DNA of 57,072 nt from an uncultured Actinomycetes bacterium (GTDB lineage Bacteria > Actinomycetota > Actinomycetes > S36-B12 > UBA5976). The notes below the pieces were generated by a model that saw only the letters and a program-made list of their open reading frames with translations, was not told where the DNA came from and searched no databases. The stretch is from contig CAITJH010000024.1 of NCBI GenBank assembly GCA_903892635.1, positions 1 through 57,072 on the forward strand. The letters are read 5' to 3'. Position numbers and translations under genes: made by a program. This document shows, one piece after another, positions 29,259 through 40,295 of this stretch. Within the stretch, counting starts at the first letter, position 1; each line of letters opens with the position of its first letter.

Positions 29259-30371
29259 ATGGCAAACGAGAACAAGGACTCGAAAACCCAGATGGTTGCG
29301 CTGGAACCCCAAGAACTCAAGCGAACCCTGCGGATCATCACGGCCTGGCTTGCGCTGATTGTGATAGGACAGTGGGTCATTCGCAGCAATGCCCACTTCA
29401 TTTTCCTGCTGTTGATGGCCTGGTTGATTGCCATTGCAATGGAGCCTGCGCTTAGCTACCTGACTCGCTTTGGTATCAAGCGTGGCGCTGCTACTGGAAT
29501 TGTCTTGGCAGGGCTCGTGGTACTAACAGCCCTTATGTTTGCCTTATTCGGTGGAATATTTTTCACACAGGCGAATGAACTCGTAACGACGTTTCCCAAT
29601 ATGGTTGCAAGCCAAGTGGACTGGGTGAATACCCATTTCAACCTCAATCTCGACCCCGAGTCAGTGATTACACAACTGAACTTGACCCCAACACATCTAG
29701 CTTCAGTAGCCGCAAGTTTTGCTGGAGGAGTTATGGGGCTAGTAGCTGCGATAGCCGGTGGCTTTTTCCAATTAATGACAATGTTCCTTTTCGCCTTTTA
29801 CATCGCCGCAGATGGTCCTCGCATACGACAAATTATTGGTTCTCGCCTGTCTCCGTCGTATCAAGAAATTTTTGTTACTTCATGGGATGTAGCAGTTGAA
29901 AAAACTGGCGGCTTTGTTGTTTCAAAATTAGTACTTGCAGCATTCTCGAGCACAGTGCATGCAATCTTTTTTGCAGCGATTGGACTTCCCTACTGGCTAC
30001 CGATGGCGATCATTACTGGAATCGTTAGTCAGTTCATCCCAACAGTCGGCACGTACATTGGCATTCTGATTCCTATCCTCGTAGCCGCATTCCAGCAACC
30101 AACCGATGTCATCTGGATTCTTATTTTCGCAACCATCTACCAGCAGGTCGAAAATTATTTGCTGTCACCACGAATCAGCAAAATCACTATGAACATTCAT
30201 CCTGCTATTGCATTTGGATCTGTGATTTTGTTTGCCAATTTGTTTGGAGCTATTGGCGCGCTTATCGCTATTCCAATCGCTGCGGCAATCTTGGCAGTAA
30301 TCGAGGTTTACGGAATGCGCTACGAACTTATTCCTGAACTCGAAGGAATCGAAGACGCGTCAGCTAACTAG
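29259..30371 (+). CDS. AI-2E family transporter
   Basis: 'FIPTVG', 'QQVENYLLSPRI', 'IHPA', 'GAIGALIAIP'. Confidence 0.9.
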   Translation: MANENKDSKTQMVALEPQELKRTLRIITAWLALIVIGQWVIRSNAHFIFLLLMAWLIAIAMEPALSYLTRFGIKRGAATGIVLAGLVVLTALMFALFGGIFFTQANELVTTFPNMVASQVDWVNTHFNLNLDPESVITQLNLTPTHLASVAASFAGGVMGLVAAIAGGFFQLMTMFLFAFYIAADGPRIRQIIGSRLSPSYQEIFVTSWDVAVEKTGGFVVSKLVLAAFSSTVHAIFFAAIGLPYWLPMAIITGIVSQFIPTVGTYIGILIPILVAAFQQPTDVIWILIFATIYQQVENYLLSPRISKITMNIHPAIAFGSVILFANLFGAIGALIAIPIAAAILAVIEVYGMRYELIPELEGIEDASAN

Positions 30372-31276
30372 AAGCCGAGTCGATCCAGTTGCTTAGGATC
30401 ACGCTGCCAGTCTTTGGCAATTTTCACTCGTAAATCTAAATGCACTGGAACGCCTAGAAGTTCACTAATGGCTACGCGAGCGTCAGTACCAACTTCTCTG
30501 AGTCGACTTCCGCCCTTACCAATGACAATGTGCTTCTGACTTTCACGTTCGACATAAACCACGGCAAAAATATCCATCAAAGGGCGATCAGCAGGTCGAT
30601 CTGGGCGTAACGCCATTTCATCCAGCACCACTGCTATCGAGTGTGGCAACTCGTCGCGAACACCCTCTAAAGCCGCCTCGCGAATCAGCTCAGCAATCAT
30701 GATTTCTTCTGGCTCGTCAGTTAGATCTCCAGCAGGGTACAACGCTGGACCTTCGGGTAATTCATCAATCAGCAAATCAGCCAAGAGGTCGACCTGATCA
30801 TTGGCTACTGCGGACACAGGAACAATGTGAGCCCAATCAATTCCCAGTTCTAGTCCAAGTTGAGAGACGGCCAGCAATTGGTCACCAATAAGTTTTCGCT
30901 CGACTGCGTCCGTTTTAGTGACTACCGCAACTTTCTTGGTGCGTGGTACCGCAGCAATTTCTTGAGCGATAAAGCGATCACCAGGTCCAATCGGCTCATC
31001 GGCAGGAAAACACATCACAATGACGTCGACATCAGCATAAGTTTCTGCGACAAGCGCGTTTAGTCGCTCCCCAAGTAGCGTTCGAGGTCGATGCACGCCA
31101 GGAGTATCGATCAACACCAACTGTCCCGAAGCCTTATGAACAATGCCACGAATAACATGGCGAGTCGTCTGCGGTTTGCTTGAAGTGATCGCAACCTTTT
31201 GCCCAACTAGAGCATTGGTCAACGTTGACTTACCAACATTGGGTCGCCCAACTATGCAGACAAAGCCACTACGCAT
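30368..31276 (-). CDS. era: GTPase Era
   Basis: 'GRPNVGKST', 'KPQTTR', 'DTPG', 'TKTD', KH 'IGKGG'; start at ATG 31276. Confidence 0.97.
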   Translation of the reverse strand: MRSGFVCIVGRPNVGKSTLTNALVGQKVAITSSKPQTTRHVIRGIVHKASGQLVLIDTPGVHRPRTLLGERLNALVAETYADVDVIVMCFPADEPIGPGDRFIAQEIAAVPRTKKVAVVTKTDAVERKLIGDQLLAVSQLGLELGIDWAHIVPVSAVANDQVDLLADLLIDELPEGPALYPAGDLTDEPEEIMIAELIREAALEGVRDELPHSIAVVLDEMALRPDRPADRPLMDIFAVVYVERESQKHIVIGKGGSRLREVGTDARVAISELLGVPVHLDLRVKIAKDWQRDPKQLDRLGF

Positions 31277-32183
31277 TGGTCGAACTCCGTTTCGTTTGGG
31301 ACTCAAAGTATCCCAGAAGTCCGAGCGCGCCAATAATTACTAAACAACCGAACCATCCACGAAGGTTCATGGTCTCATCAAGCACGAACACTCCAATTGT
31401 CGTTGACATGACTGGCTCAAACAGCGTCAACGTTGATACCGTGCCCGCGGGCAAGTGAGAAATACCGATTCCGAACAGCGCATAAGCAAGCGTGGTAGCG
31501 AATAATCCGACCCAAATGATGAGAGCAATTGATTTCGGAGCGGTAACCCAGCTGCTGGTCAATGCAATGATCGGTGTTGACAAAACTGCGCCAATTCCAA
31601 ATGCCACAGCCAGAACTTCGCCACCTGAAAAATTGTGAGTGCGAACCATCTTGACGCCAAGCACCGTAAATGCTGCATACGACCAACCAGACACAGTCAC
31701 AAAGAGAATTCCCGCGATGTCTTTCGAACCGCCGGCTGAGGTCAGAAGTGACAAGCCACCAACTCCAACAGCGGTGCAGATTGCCCACTGTCGCGACGGC
31801 TTGCCCATTCCGAGCCACCAACTCAACATGCCGGCCAAAAGTGGAGCAAGTCCGAGTGCGACGAGCGTTCCCATCGCTACTCCAATCCGAGCAGCTCCGA
31901 TGAAGAACGTGATTTGGTAGGAAAGGACAGCGATTCCCATAATCCACAAAATTGGTTGCTTGACTAAGACTTTCAAACCAGCAGATCCGTATCGATATCT
32001 GGCATAAATCAAGAGCCCAATGCCACCGACAAATACTCGCCACGAGCCAACAGAGATTGCAGTGCCCGGAAAGCCAGCAAAAGCGCGCGAAGCACCTCCG
32101 GTAGCAAAGAGGATCGATGCAGCTAAGACACTAAAAATTGCGCCAACGTGATGCTCAGACTGTTTGTGTGTCAACGACGTCAC
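31269..32183 (-). CDS. DMT/EamA family transporter
   Basis: About 10 TM with duplicated EamA pattern 'STLTLFEPV...G..VL.E'; exact start uncertain. Confidence 0.85.
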   Translation of the reverse strand: MTSLTHKQSEHHVGAIFSVLAASILFATGGASRAFAGFPGTAISVGSWRVFVGGIGLLIYARYRYGSAGLKVLVKQPILWIMGIAVLSYQITFFIGAARIGVAMGTLVALGLAPLLAGMLSWWLGMGKPSRQWAICTAVGVGGLSLLTSAGGSKDIAGILFVTVSGWSYAAFTVLGVKMVRTHNFSGGEVLAVAFGIGAVLSTPIIALTSSWVTAPKSIALIIWVGLFATTLAYALFGIGISHLPAGTVSTLTLFEPVMSTTIGVFVLDETMNLRGWFGCLVIIGALGLLGYFESQTKRSSTNA

Positions 32184-32490
32184 CTGACAGTGAAATAGTG
32201 AACGCCGGAATACCCGATGTCACGCTGATGATCGCATCGAGGTCCGCCGCACTGTATCCGGCTTCGTCGCACAACACACACGCCTCGAGCCCAGTAGCAC
32301 CGGAAGCAACTGCTTGAGCAACAGCAAGAACGACGGCAGAAAGGGCTGTGTCGCCAAGCACAACATTGGCGCTGGAATACGTACGGCCAGTTGTGTCGCG
32401 CACAGCAGCACCTTGTGCGGCATTTACGCGGGTTCGAGCTGCGCGGGCCAACGTGACCAACTTGGCGTCTTCGGCACCTAACTCAGTCAT
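32155..32490 (-). CDS. Cytidine deaminase-fold protein lacking the catalytic motifs
   Basis: 'GAAVRDTTGRTY..ANV' CDA fold; no CAE or PCxxC; sits between the hemolysin-like gene and era. Confidence 0.7.
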   Translation of the reverse strand: MTELGAEDAKLVTLARAARTRVNAAQGAAVRDTTGRTYSSANVVLGDTALSAVVLAVAQAVASGATGLEACVLCDEAGYSAADLDAIISVTSGIPAFTISLSGDVVDTQTV

Positions 32491-33772
32491 CATCACTCTC
32501 CTGCTCAACGAAACTGTCGCGTTCTACTACGACGGTACCAATGCGATTGCGTCGTCCTGCAGCGGACTCGGCGGTCAATACCCAGTCGTCTAGTCGCACT
32601 TGAGCACCTGGAATTGGCACAATTCCAAGCTGTTTAGCCATGAGCCCGCCGACAGTATCGACATCATCGTCGTCGATTGACATGCCAATAAGTTCGCCAA
32701 GGTCGTCGACATTAAGTCGTGAGCTGACGCGGTATTTCCCTGAGTTGAGTTCTTCAATCTCGGGAGCCGAGAAATCAAATTCATCACTAATCTCGCCAAC
32801 GATTTCTTCAATCACATCTTCAATCGTCACGAGGCCCGCTGTACCGCCATATTCATCAACCAGAACGGCCAAATGAGTGCGTGCACTTTGCATATCGCGA
32901 AGCAATTCATCCACGGAACGACTGTCTGGAACCATATACGCAGGTCGCATTATGTCCTCGACATGCTCTGAAGTTTCAGCATCGTGATGCTCAAAGACTC
33001 GCCGAGCAATATCTTTGACGTAAATGACTCCAACAATGTCATCCACGCCTTCGCCTACGACCGGAATGCGCGAATAACCCGATCGAAGTCCCAAGGACAT
33101 TGCCTGTCGAAGTGTTTTCGTGCGTTCAATCCACACCATTTCAGTACGCGGCACCATCACTTCGCGAGCTACCGTGTCACCAAGTTCAAACACAGAATGA
33201 ATCATCTGACGTTCTTCGTCTTCGATCACTGAATCAGCACCAGCCATATCGACCAGTTCGCGAAGTTCAGCCTGAGTTGAGAACGGACCTTCGGTAAAGC
33301 CCTTGCCCGGTGTGATGGCATTACCCACAACAATGAATAGCCTGCTGAAGGGGCCAAGCAAGAACGTCACCACACGTACAAGTGAAACAAGTCGTAGTGA
33401 AATTGATTCAGAATGCTGCCGACCCAAAGTTTGGGGTGCAACGCCGAGAATGACATAGCCAACGACCACCATTACAAGGGCGGCAGTCACAATGCCCACA
33501 GTGCTATCGGACGTTACCCCGATACAACCTGCTGTTACAAGAACTATGGCAACTGTTGACAAGGCAAGATGCGCAAACAAAATGGCATTGACGTACTTGG
33601 CGCGATAATCCAGCATGTCGAGCAATACGGATGCCCTTTTGTTTCCGTCCTTCTTTAACTGTTCGATCGTGACACGACTAACTCGGGTGAAGGCGGCTTC
33701 TGCCGCAACTAAAACTCCAGCAAGTATGACCATGACAGCCGCAAGAAGAAACAGAATCGTTGCCGAACTCAT
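32483..33772 (-). CDS. CNNM/CorC-HlyC (hemolysin-family) CBS-domain protein
   Basis: DUF21 TM region, 'REVMVPR', 'YSRIPV', 'VDEYGGTAGLVTIED', C-terminal CorC domain. Confidence 0.92.
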   Translation of the reverse strand: MSSATILFLLAAVMVILAGVLVAAEAAFTRVSRVTIEQLKKDGNKRASVLLDMLDYRAKYVNAILFAHLALSTVAIVLVTAGCIGVTSDSTVGIVTAALVMVVVGYVILGVAPQTLGRQHSESISLRLVSLVRVVTFLLGPFSRLFIVVGNAITPGKGFTEGPFSTQAELRELVDMAGADSVIEDEERQMIHSVFELGDTVAREVMVPRTEMVWIERTKTLRQAMSLGLRSGYSRIPVVGEGVDDIVGVIYVKDIARRVFEHHDAETSEHVEDIMRPAYMVPDSRSVDELLRDMQSARTHLAVLVDEYGGTAGLVTIEDVIEEIVGEISDEFDFSAPEIEELNSGKYRVSSRLNVDDLGELIGMSIDDDDVDTVGGLMAKQLGIVPIPGAQVRLDDWVLTAESAAGRRNRIGTVVVERDSFVEQESDDD

Positions 33773-34239
33773 GATCCACTCCGACGGTTGCGCTCGCCTT
33801 CCCACTCTGCGAGCAATTGCGCTTGAAGGCCGAACATCACGCGGTGCTCTTCTGGCTCAGCATGGTCATGACCAAGTAAATGCAAAACTCCATGTGTAAG
33901 CAGTAATCGCATTTCTACCTCAGTCGAATGACCAGCGGCCTGTCCTTGACGCTGCGCGACTGCCGGACAAATAACAACGTCACCGAGAATGCCTTCATCG
34001 CTTGGTTCATCTTCAGTGCCTGCCCGCAATTCATCCATGGGAAAACTCAAGACATCTGTTGAGCCTGGTTCATCCATGAACTCTTCGTGGAGGGCAGCCA
34101 TAGCAACTTCATCAACGAGCATGATGGAAAGCTCACTGGCGGGATTGATGTACAACTTGCGCAACAAAAACTGCGCCTGAGCAACAAGATCTGCTTCATC
34201 GATGACAAAAGCTGATTCGTTATTGATGTCCACAGACAT
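33769..34239 (-). CDS. ybeY: rRNA maturation endoribonuclease YbeY
   Basis: 'TDVLSFP', 'LGDVVIC', 'HGVLHLLGHDH'. Confidence 0.97.
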   Translation of the reverse strand: MSVDINNESAFVIDEADLVAQAQFLLRKLYINPASELSIMLVDEVAMAALHEEFMDEPGSTDVLSFPMDELRAGTEDEPSDEGILGDVVICPAVAQRQGQAAGHSTEVEMRLLLTHGVLHLLGHDHAEPEEHRVMFGLQAQLLAEWEGERNRRSGS

Positions 34240-35225
34240 TAGCGTTTCCGTTCTTGTTGCTTAGCCTCGTCATAGCGTCCATACGCATCAACAATCTGGC
34301 CAACTAGTCGGTGACGTACGACGTCAGACGACGACAATTCAACAAAAGCTACATCATCAATGTCCGTCAAAATTTCGCGCACTGCACGTAGGCCACTTGC
34401 TGTTCCTGCTGGCAAGTCAACCTGAGTCACATCTCCAGTGATCACCATGGTCGAACCAAAGCCTAGACGCGTGAGAAACATTTTCATTTGCTCCGCTGAA
34501 GTATTTTGTGCCTCATCCAAAATGATGAATGCATCGTTCAAGGTTCGACCTCGCATGTATGCAAGAGGTGCTACTTCAATCGTTCCACTAGTCATAAGTC
34601 GTGGAATCGAGTCGGGATCAATCATGTCGTGCAAGGCGTCATACAACGGACGCAAATACGGATCGATTTTTTCATTCAAAGTTCCAGGAAGAAAACCAAG
34701 GCGCTCCCCCGCTTCAACGGCAGGGCGAGTCAAAATAATTCGACTCACTTTTTTGCTTTGAAGTGCTTGGACAGCCTTTGCGACGGCAAGGTAAGTCTTT
34801 CCTGTACCAGCAGGGCCAATGCCAAAGACGACAGTGTTTGCATCAATAGCATCCACATAAGCCTTTTGGTTCAGCGTCTTGGCGCGAATTGCTTTGCCTC
34901 GGTTAGACAAAATGTTTGCAGTGAGCACTCCAGCCGGACTCACATTTGATTTCAGCATGCTGATAGAGCGCTCGACGGATTCCGGCGTCAATCCTTGACC
35001 AGTTCGCACGACGATAATCATTTCGCCAATGAGTGCCTCGATAGTGGCAACACTTTCGCTTGGCCCATCGAGAGTAATTTCATTACCTCGAGCCAGAATG
35101 ACGACATCCGGGAATGCTTGTTCAATCGTGCGAATGAGCTCGTCACGCGGGCCAATAATCGACACCATCGGGGTCGAGGTTGGCACAACAACGATCGCGT
35201 GCGCAGGTGCTGGAGTAAGTGTCAT
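34239..35225 (-). CDS. phoH: PhoH family ATPase
   Basis: 'GPAGTGKTYLA', 'RPAVEAGE.LGFLPG', 'LDEAQN'. Confidence 0.95.
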   Translation of the reverse strand: MTLTPAPAHAIVVVPTSTPMVSIIGPRDELIRTIEQAFPDVVILARGNEITLDGPSESVATIEALIGEMIIVVRTGQGLTPESVERSISMLKSNVSPAGVLTANILSNRGKAIRAKTLNQKAYVDAIDANTVVFGIGPAGTGKTYLAVAKAVQALQSKKVSRIILTRPAVEAGERLGFLPGTLNEKIDPYLRPLYDALHDMIDPDSIPRLMTSGTIEVAPLAYMRGRTLNDAFIILDEAQNTSAEQMKMFLTRLGFGSTMVITGDVTQVDLPAGTASGLRAVREILTDIDDVAFVELSSSDVVRHRLVGQIVDAYGRYDEAKQQERKR

Positions 35226-35244
35226 AAGTAACTAAATTGTAGGT

Positions 35245-35586
35245 CTAACCGGGAGGCCACGTCAGGCCACGTCCACCAAGAACGTGAAAGTGCACATGGC
35301 GCACGGATTGTCCACCGTCTGAGCCAACGTTTGTGACAACTCGGTAACCACGTTCCAAGGTTTCCAGCTGAGCGACCTCGGCAGTTGCGCTCAGGACTCG
35401 GGCTGCTAAATCCTTGTCGTCGCGAGTCAAATCCGAAACATTGTCGAAATGCTGACGCGGAATTACCAGAACGTGCGTCGGCGCCTGAGGATCAATGTCA
35501 CGAAAGGCAAGAATGTCGTCAGTTTCCAAAACAATATCTGCTGGAATTTCACCAGCCGCAATCTTGCAAAATAGGCAGTCACTCAT
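35245..35586 (-). CDS. hinT: Histidine triad nucleotide-binding protein
   Basis: 'CLFCKI', 'HVHFHVLGG'. Confidence 0.9.
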   Translation of the reverse strand: MSDCLFCKIAAGEIPADIVLETDDILAFRDIDPQAPTHVLVIPRQHFDNVSDLTRDDKDLAARVLSATAEVAQLETLERGYRVVTNVGSDGGQSVRHVHFHVLGGRGLTWPPG

Positions 35587-35590
35587 AGGG

Positions 35591-36337
35591 CTATCTTGTC
35601 ACTTCTTTATTTGCCCAACGCGATGTTTTCGACGCTAAAACACCCAGCGCTACCCCACCTGCAGTTGATGTCCGCATCACGGTGTCGCCCATACGCACTG
35701 CAACAACACCTGAGGAACTAAATAATTCGAGTTCAGATGCTGAGATTCCACCTTCAGGTCCAATGACCACAGCAACGGTCCCTGAACGAGGTAGCACAAC
35801 ATCGCTGAGCGATCGTTCTGCAGACTCGTGAAGAACGACAACTAGGTCGTACTCTGCCAAGTCATTGATGAGTTCACCTGTTGTAACGGCATCACTGACG
35901 ATAGGCACCCATGAACGTCGCGATTGCTTTGTTGCTTCTCGTGCAACGCGTAACCATTTTGCAAGACTTTTCCCAGTGTCATCCCACTGCGCGATGCTGT
36001 GTTGAGATTTCCATGGGATGATCCGATCGACTCCAACCTCTGTCAATAATTCAATCGCTAAATCTGCTCGATCACCCTTAGCAATTGCTTGGACAGCGAT
36101 GAAGTGAAGTTCAGGTTCAGGGTCGCTTACTCGCGAATCAATTGCAAGGTCAACCCAATCCCGACCTAATGCTTGAACTAGCCCGCTTGCGCGATGACCT
36201 ATTCCGTCACACACATCAATGCGCTCGCCTATGCGCATACGTTTTACCGTGGCGGCATGACGGCCTTCATCACCGTCAATTCGACAGATATCAGATGCCA
36301 ACGCTTGAGAGCTGACAAGAAAAACTGGTGCGGTCAT
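35591..36337 (-). CDS. rsmE: 16S rRNA m3U1498 methyltransferase
   Basis: 'H...VKR', 'TEVGV', 'IGPEGG', 'RTSTAG' SPOUT motifs. Confidence 0.95.
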   Translation of the reverse strand: MTAPVFLVSSQALASDICRIDGDEGRHAATVKRMRIGERIDVCDGIGHRASGLVQALGRDWVDLAIDSRVSDPEPELHFIAVQAIAKGDRADLAIELLTEVGVDRIIPWKSQHSIAQWDDTGKSLAKWLRVAREATKQSRRSWVPIVSDAVTTGELINDLAEYDLVVVLHESAERSLSDVVLPRSGTVAVVIGPEGGISASELELFSSSGVVAVRMGDTVMRTSTAGGVALGVLASKTSRWANKEVTR

Positions 36338-37449
36338 CGACCCGAGAATGCATCTTTGAGACGACCGAATAGTCCAGAGCCATGTTGATCGAATGTCGGC
36401 GCTGGTTTTTCTTCGTCGCGCAGCTTGGCAAGTGTTCGTAATAATTCTTCTTGTTCGGGAGTCAATGCTGTCGGAGTGACAATATCGAGATGCACAATGA
36501 GGTCACCACGTCCTGAAGCACGAAGCCTTGGCATGCCGTGATTCTTCAAAGTCACAGTTGAACCTGATTGTGTTCCGGGTTTGATCGTTACTGGAACAGG
36601 GCCATCGAGAGTGTCAAGATCTAATGTGGCACCTAGTGCAGCGGCAGTCATTGGCAATGTCAAAGTTGCATGCAATTGGTCACCGCGGCGTTGAAAAATT
36701 TCGTGATCCTGCTCGATGATTTCGATGTACAGATCACCGGCGGGACCGCCACCAGGTCCAACTTCGCCTTGGCCAGTCATTTGAATGCGAGCTCCACCTT
36801 CAATGCCCTCAGGAATGTTGACGGTAATCGTCTTGCGCGTACGGACGCGTCCGTCACCCGCGCATTCAGCGCACGGGTGTGGATTGAGCGAGCCGAAGCC
36901 TGTACATTGTGGACATTGGCGAGTAGTCATTACCTGGCCAAGGAATGACTTTTGAACGGATTGGATTTCGCCACGACCGCGACACATCGAACATTCGACG
37001 ATCGTTGATTCTGCTGTCGTGCCTTGACCTTCACAGCTGTGACACACAACTGCGGTGTCCACCTGAATCTCTCTAGTGGTTCCAAAGGCAGCTTCTTCGA
37101 GAGTGACTTGCAATCGAATCAGCGCATCTTGTCCACGACGTACTCGACTTCGAGGCCCACGAGTGCCTCCGCCACCAAAAAACGCATCGACAATATCGCC
37201 AAAGCCGAATCCAGCTGCAGAGTTAAATCCGCCTTGCGAGAAAGGGTCTCCGCCAAGGTCATACATTTCACGCTTTTGCGGATCTGACAAAACGTCATAG
37301 GCCGCAGTTACTTCCTTGAAGCGAATTGCCGCTTCTTCAGTTGCGTTAACGTCAGGATGTAATTCGCGAGCAAGTTTGCGATAAGCGCGCTTGAGTTCTT
37401 CGGGAGTTGCGTCGCTCTTCACACCCAACACTGCGTAATGATCAGTCAC
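36334..37449 (-). CDS. dnaJ: Chaperone DnaJ (DnaJ2 type)
   Basis: J domain HPD; four CxxCxGxG repeats. Confidence 0.97.
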   Translation of the reverse strand: MTDHYAVLGVKSDATPEELKRAYRKLARELHPDVNATEEAAIRFKEVTAAYDVLSDPQKREMYDLGGDPFSQGGFNSAAGFGFGDIVDAFFGGGGTRGPRSRVRRGQDALIRLQVTLEEAAFGTTREIQVDTAVVCHSCEGQGTTAESTIVECSMCRGRGEIQSVQKSFLGQVMTTRQCPQCTGFGSLNPHPCAECAGDGRVRTRKTITVNIPEGIEGGARIQMTGQGEVGPGGGPAGDLYIEIIEQDHEIFQRRGDQLHATLTLPMTAAALGATLDLDTLDGPVPVTIKPGTQSGSTVTLKNHGMPRLRASGRGDLIVHLDIVTPTALTPEQEELLRTLAKLRDEEKPAPTFDQHGSGLFGRLKDAFSGR

Positions 37450-37451
37450 TG

Positions 37452-38468
37452 TTATTGCTCCATCAGAATGTGTCCGACATACCGTGCGACAGCGCGCACC
37501 GATGCCATTGAGTTCGCGTAATCCATTCGAGTAGGACCAAGCACAGCAAGTTGCGCAACGGCTTGATCACCAACTCCGTACCCAGCACTCACCATTGAAG
37601 CACTGCGTAATTCTTCAACAGGGTTCTCTGCACCAATTCGCACAGTTAATGAATCAGGTGCTGACACTTCTCCAAAAAGTCGAAGTAAAACGACATGCTC
37701 TTCAAGTGCTTCGAGAACTGGTCCTGCTGTCGCCGAAAAATCTTCCCCAACCCGAGCCAAGTTTGCGGTTCCACCAACAACCACGCGTTCTTCATTTTGA
37801 GTAACAACTGATTCCATCAGTGTGGCAACAATTGCACTCACCGCTGGTCGAACCATTGAATCGAATTCCTCGACTAGTCCACTCAATCGAGTTGGTACGT
37901 CAAGAAGTAATTGACCATCAAGAAGTTCGTTTAGTCGAGTGCGAAGTCGCGCCATGTAGTCTTCGGTGAGTAAACCGCCAGTATCAACCGTTCGCTGTTC
38001 GATACGCCCTGTATCCGCAATGAGGATCACAAGTAATCGTGTTGGCGCAACAGATACCAATTCAATGTGGCGAACACTGCTACGCCCCAACGATGGATAT
38101 TGAACAAGCGCTACTTGTTTGGTGAGTTGGGATAGCAAACGTACCGTCCGTGACATGACGTCATCAAGGTCAACGGCACTATCGAGAAACGTATGAATCG
38201 CTCGTTTCTCAGCTGACGATAGCGGCTTTACTGCGCTGATCTTGTCAACAAATAATCGATATCCCTTGTCCGTTGGAATTCGTCCGGCGCTGGTGTGCGG
38301 CGCACTGATGAGACCTTCTTCTTCCAATGTGGCCATGTCATTGCGAATCGTGGCAGACGAGACTCCAAGTCCGTGCCGGTCAGCTAATGCTTTGGACCCA
38401 ACGGGCTCATTTGTCTGTACATAGTCGTCAACGATTGCGCGTAAAACAGCTAACTTACGGTCGTCCAC
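37452..38468 (-). CDS. hrcA: Heat-inducible transcription repressor HrcA
   Basis: 'EPVGSK', 'SSATIRNDM', '[13 protein letters not shown]', 'GPTRMDY'. Confidence 0.97.
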   Translation of the reverse strand: MDDRKLAVLRAIVDDYVQTNEPVGSKALADRHGLGVSSATIRNDMATLEEEGLISAPHTSAGRIPTDKGYRLFVDKISAVKPLSSAEKRAIHTFLDSAVDLDDVMSRTVRLLSQLTKQVALVQYPSLGRSSVRHIELVSVAPTRLLVILIADTGRIEQRTVDTGGLLTEDYMARLRTRLNELLDGQLLLDVPTRLSGLVEEFDSMVRPAVSAIVATLMESVVTQNEERVVVGGTANLARVGEDFSATAGPVLEALEEHVVLLRLFGEVSAPDSLTVRIGAENPVEELRSASMVSAGYGVGDQAVAQLAVLGPTRMDYANSMASVRAVARYVGHILMEQ

Positions 38469-38477
38469 AATCGCCTC

Positions 38478-38504
38478 CTAGCACTCACATGTCTTGAGTG
38501 CCAG
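38478..38504. promoter_or_regulatory. CIRCE element (HrcA operator)
   Basis: CTAGCACTC-N9-GAGTGCCAG directly upstream of the hrcA RBS, next to a minus-strand TAGACT -10. Confidence 0.9.
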
Positions 38505-38515
38505 TCTAAAGCAGG

Positions 38516-39655
38516 TTAGTCCCAGAGGCGCGCGACTAAGCCGTCAGCGAGCAAACGGCCAGAGTCAGTAAGGACTAGCCGATCTTCTACTTGCTCCAGC
38601 AAGCCATCGAGGACTGCTTGGACCGCTTGACTCCAACCCGATTCATGTAAGTAGTCAATCGGTAAGCCTTCACGCAACCGAAGTCGAAGCATGATGTGTT
38701 CGCGACGTTGCTCGTCAGCTGACAGCACTTCGCTATCCGCCCACGGTGACAAATGTCCATCGATCGCAGCGGCCCAAGCAGCTGGATGCTTGAGATTCCA
38801 CATCCGAGTTCCATTGTCATGAGCATGCGCTCCTGGACCGATTCCCAACCAATCTTGATTACGCCAGTAGGCGATGTTGTGCCGGCACTCACCGTGTGGC
38901 TTAGCCCAGTTACTTACTTCGTACCACGTGAATCCATGAGCACGCAGTGTGTCATCAATCAAGGGATATCGATGCGCAGCAATGTCATCGCTCGCCGGAG
39001 ATACTTCGCCACGATCAACCTTGGCCGCCATCCGCGTGCCCGGCTCAACAATCAACGAGTAAGCGCTGACATGGTCGACTTCTGCATTCACAACATCGGT
39101 AAGAGTGTTCTTGAGATCTTCGTCGGTTTCGGCTTGGCTTCCATAAATCAAATCAACACTCACATGCGTGAATCCCACTTCACGTGCCCATTCAACTGCT
39201 TCCCATGTGCGACCCGGCGTGTGTGTGCGTTCAAGTAACTGCAGAACATGAGGCGCGCTACTTTGATGACCAAATGACATCCGCGTAAATCCGCCGTCGA
39301 AGAGTTCGCGCAAATATTCACGTGTTACTGAATCTGGATTGGCTTCTGTCGTTACTTCAATCTCCTGCGCAAAACCGTACTCATCCCGCAATGCAGACAG
39401 AATACGAACGAGTTCAGAGGCTGGCATCAGAGTGGGTGTACCACCGCCGAAGAACACAGTTTCGAGAGGACGAGGATCCGGTCGCTGCTGATGACCTTGC
39501 TGAATTTGCGAGATGACGCGATCGGCATACGTGGCTACCGAGACCGATGTGCCATCGCGCTGAAGTTCAGCAGCCGTGTAGGTATTGAAGTCGCAGTACC
39601 CGCAACGTGATGCACAAAACGGCACATGCACGTATGCACCGAGCGTTCGCGACAT
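38516..39655 (-). CDS. hemW: Radical SAM heme chaperone HemW (HemN-like)
   Basis: 'YVHVPFC.SRCGYCDF', 'GGGTPT', 'EANP', 'YEVSNW', 'HN..YW'. Confidence 0.93.
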   Translation of the reverse strand: MSRTLGAYVHVPFCASRCGYCDFNTYTAAELQRDGTSVSVATYADRVISQIQQGHQQRPDPRPLETVFFGGGTPTLMPASELVRILSALRDEYGFAQEIEVTTEANPDSVTREYLRELFDGGFTRMSFGHQSSAPHVLQLLERTHTPGRTWEAVEWAREVGFTHVSVDLIYGSQAETDEDLKNTLTDVVNAEVDHVSAYSLIVEPGTRMAAKVDRGEVSPASDDIAAHRYPLIDDTLRAHGFTWYEVSNWAKPHGECRHNIAYWRNQDWLGIGPGAHAHDNGTRMWNLKHPAAWAAAIDGHLSPWADSEVLSADEQRREHIMLRLRLREGLPIDYLHESGWSQAVQAVLDGLLEQVEDRLVLTDSGRLLADGLVARLWD

Positions 39656-39657
39656 AG

Positions 39658-40293
39658 TTAGTGCGCCAGAGCCTTGACGGCCTTTTCACGCATGTCATCA
39701 GGCGTATCAACGCACTCTGCAACGCGAGTGAGCTGTTCGGCTTCGCGGATTCCAGTCCAGACGCGAAGTAGATCAAGAATGCTTACGTTGTGACCTGGAA
39801 CTTCAGCGATCACAATCTCATCGCCGCTACCAATTTCGCCACTGGCAACGACTCGCAGATAGGCACCGCATCGACCAGCTTCAGTGAATCGCTTAACCCA
39901 TTGATCTTGACCCATCCATCTCTGGAAAGTTCCACACGGAATTCTCGCCGTCGATACTTGAAGGACGGCCGTTCCAATGTGTACCACTGAGCCAATCGCA
40001 ATCGCATTCCAATCAATGCCCACTGTCGTGAGGTTTTCACCGAATGAGCCTGCTGCAATCTCACGTCCCAGCTGCTCGGACCACCATGAGTAATCTTCCG
40101 CTGCATAGGCGTAAATCGCTTGATCAGTGTGCCCGTGATGCTTCATGTCCGAGCGGTGGTCGCCTGCAACACCGTCAGTGGTGACTACTCGTCGATCTGA
40201 CACCGCTCGCTTATCAATCGCGGTAACACCCACCGAGCCACCTTCATCAGGGATGTCAGCATGCACAACGTTGAGTGAAACTACTTGAGCCAT
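39658..40293 (-). CDS. MOSC domain protein (YiiM-like)
   Basis: 'TAIDK', 'FGENLT', 'R.PC..F', 'G.YLRV...G.I..GD'. Confidence 0.9.
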   Translation of the reverse strand: MAQVVSLNVVHADIPDEGGSVGVTAIDKRAVSDRRVVTTDGVAGDHRSDMKHHGHTDQAIYAYAAEDYSWWSEQLGREIAAGSFGENLTTVGIDWNAIAIGSVVHIGTAVLQVSTARIPCGTFQRWMGQDQWVKRFTEAGRCGAYLRVVASGEIGSGDEIVIAEVPGHNVSILDLLRVWTGIREAEQLTRVAECVDTPDDMREKAVKALAH

Positions 40294-40295
40294 GA

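Noticed and set aside
29211..29396. Long N-terminal extensions of recO (and likewise era, comEC, rpsT, cydA and the EamA at 49945) in the ORF track
   Set aside because: Most extensions overlap neighbouring genes and none shows family similarity; downstream starts fit homology and SD or -10 spacing better.
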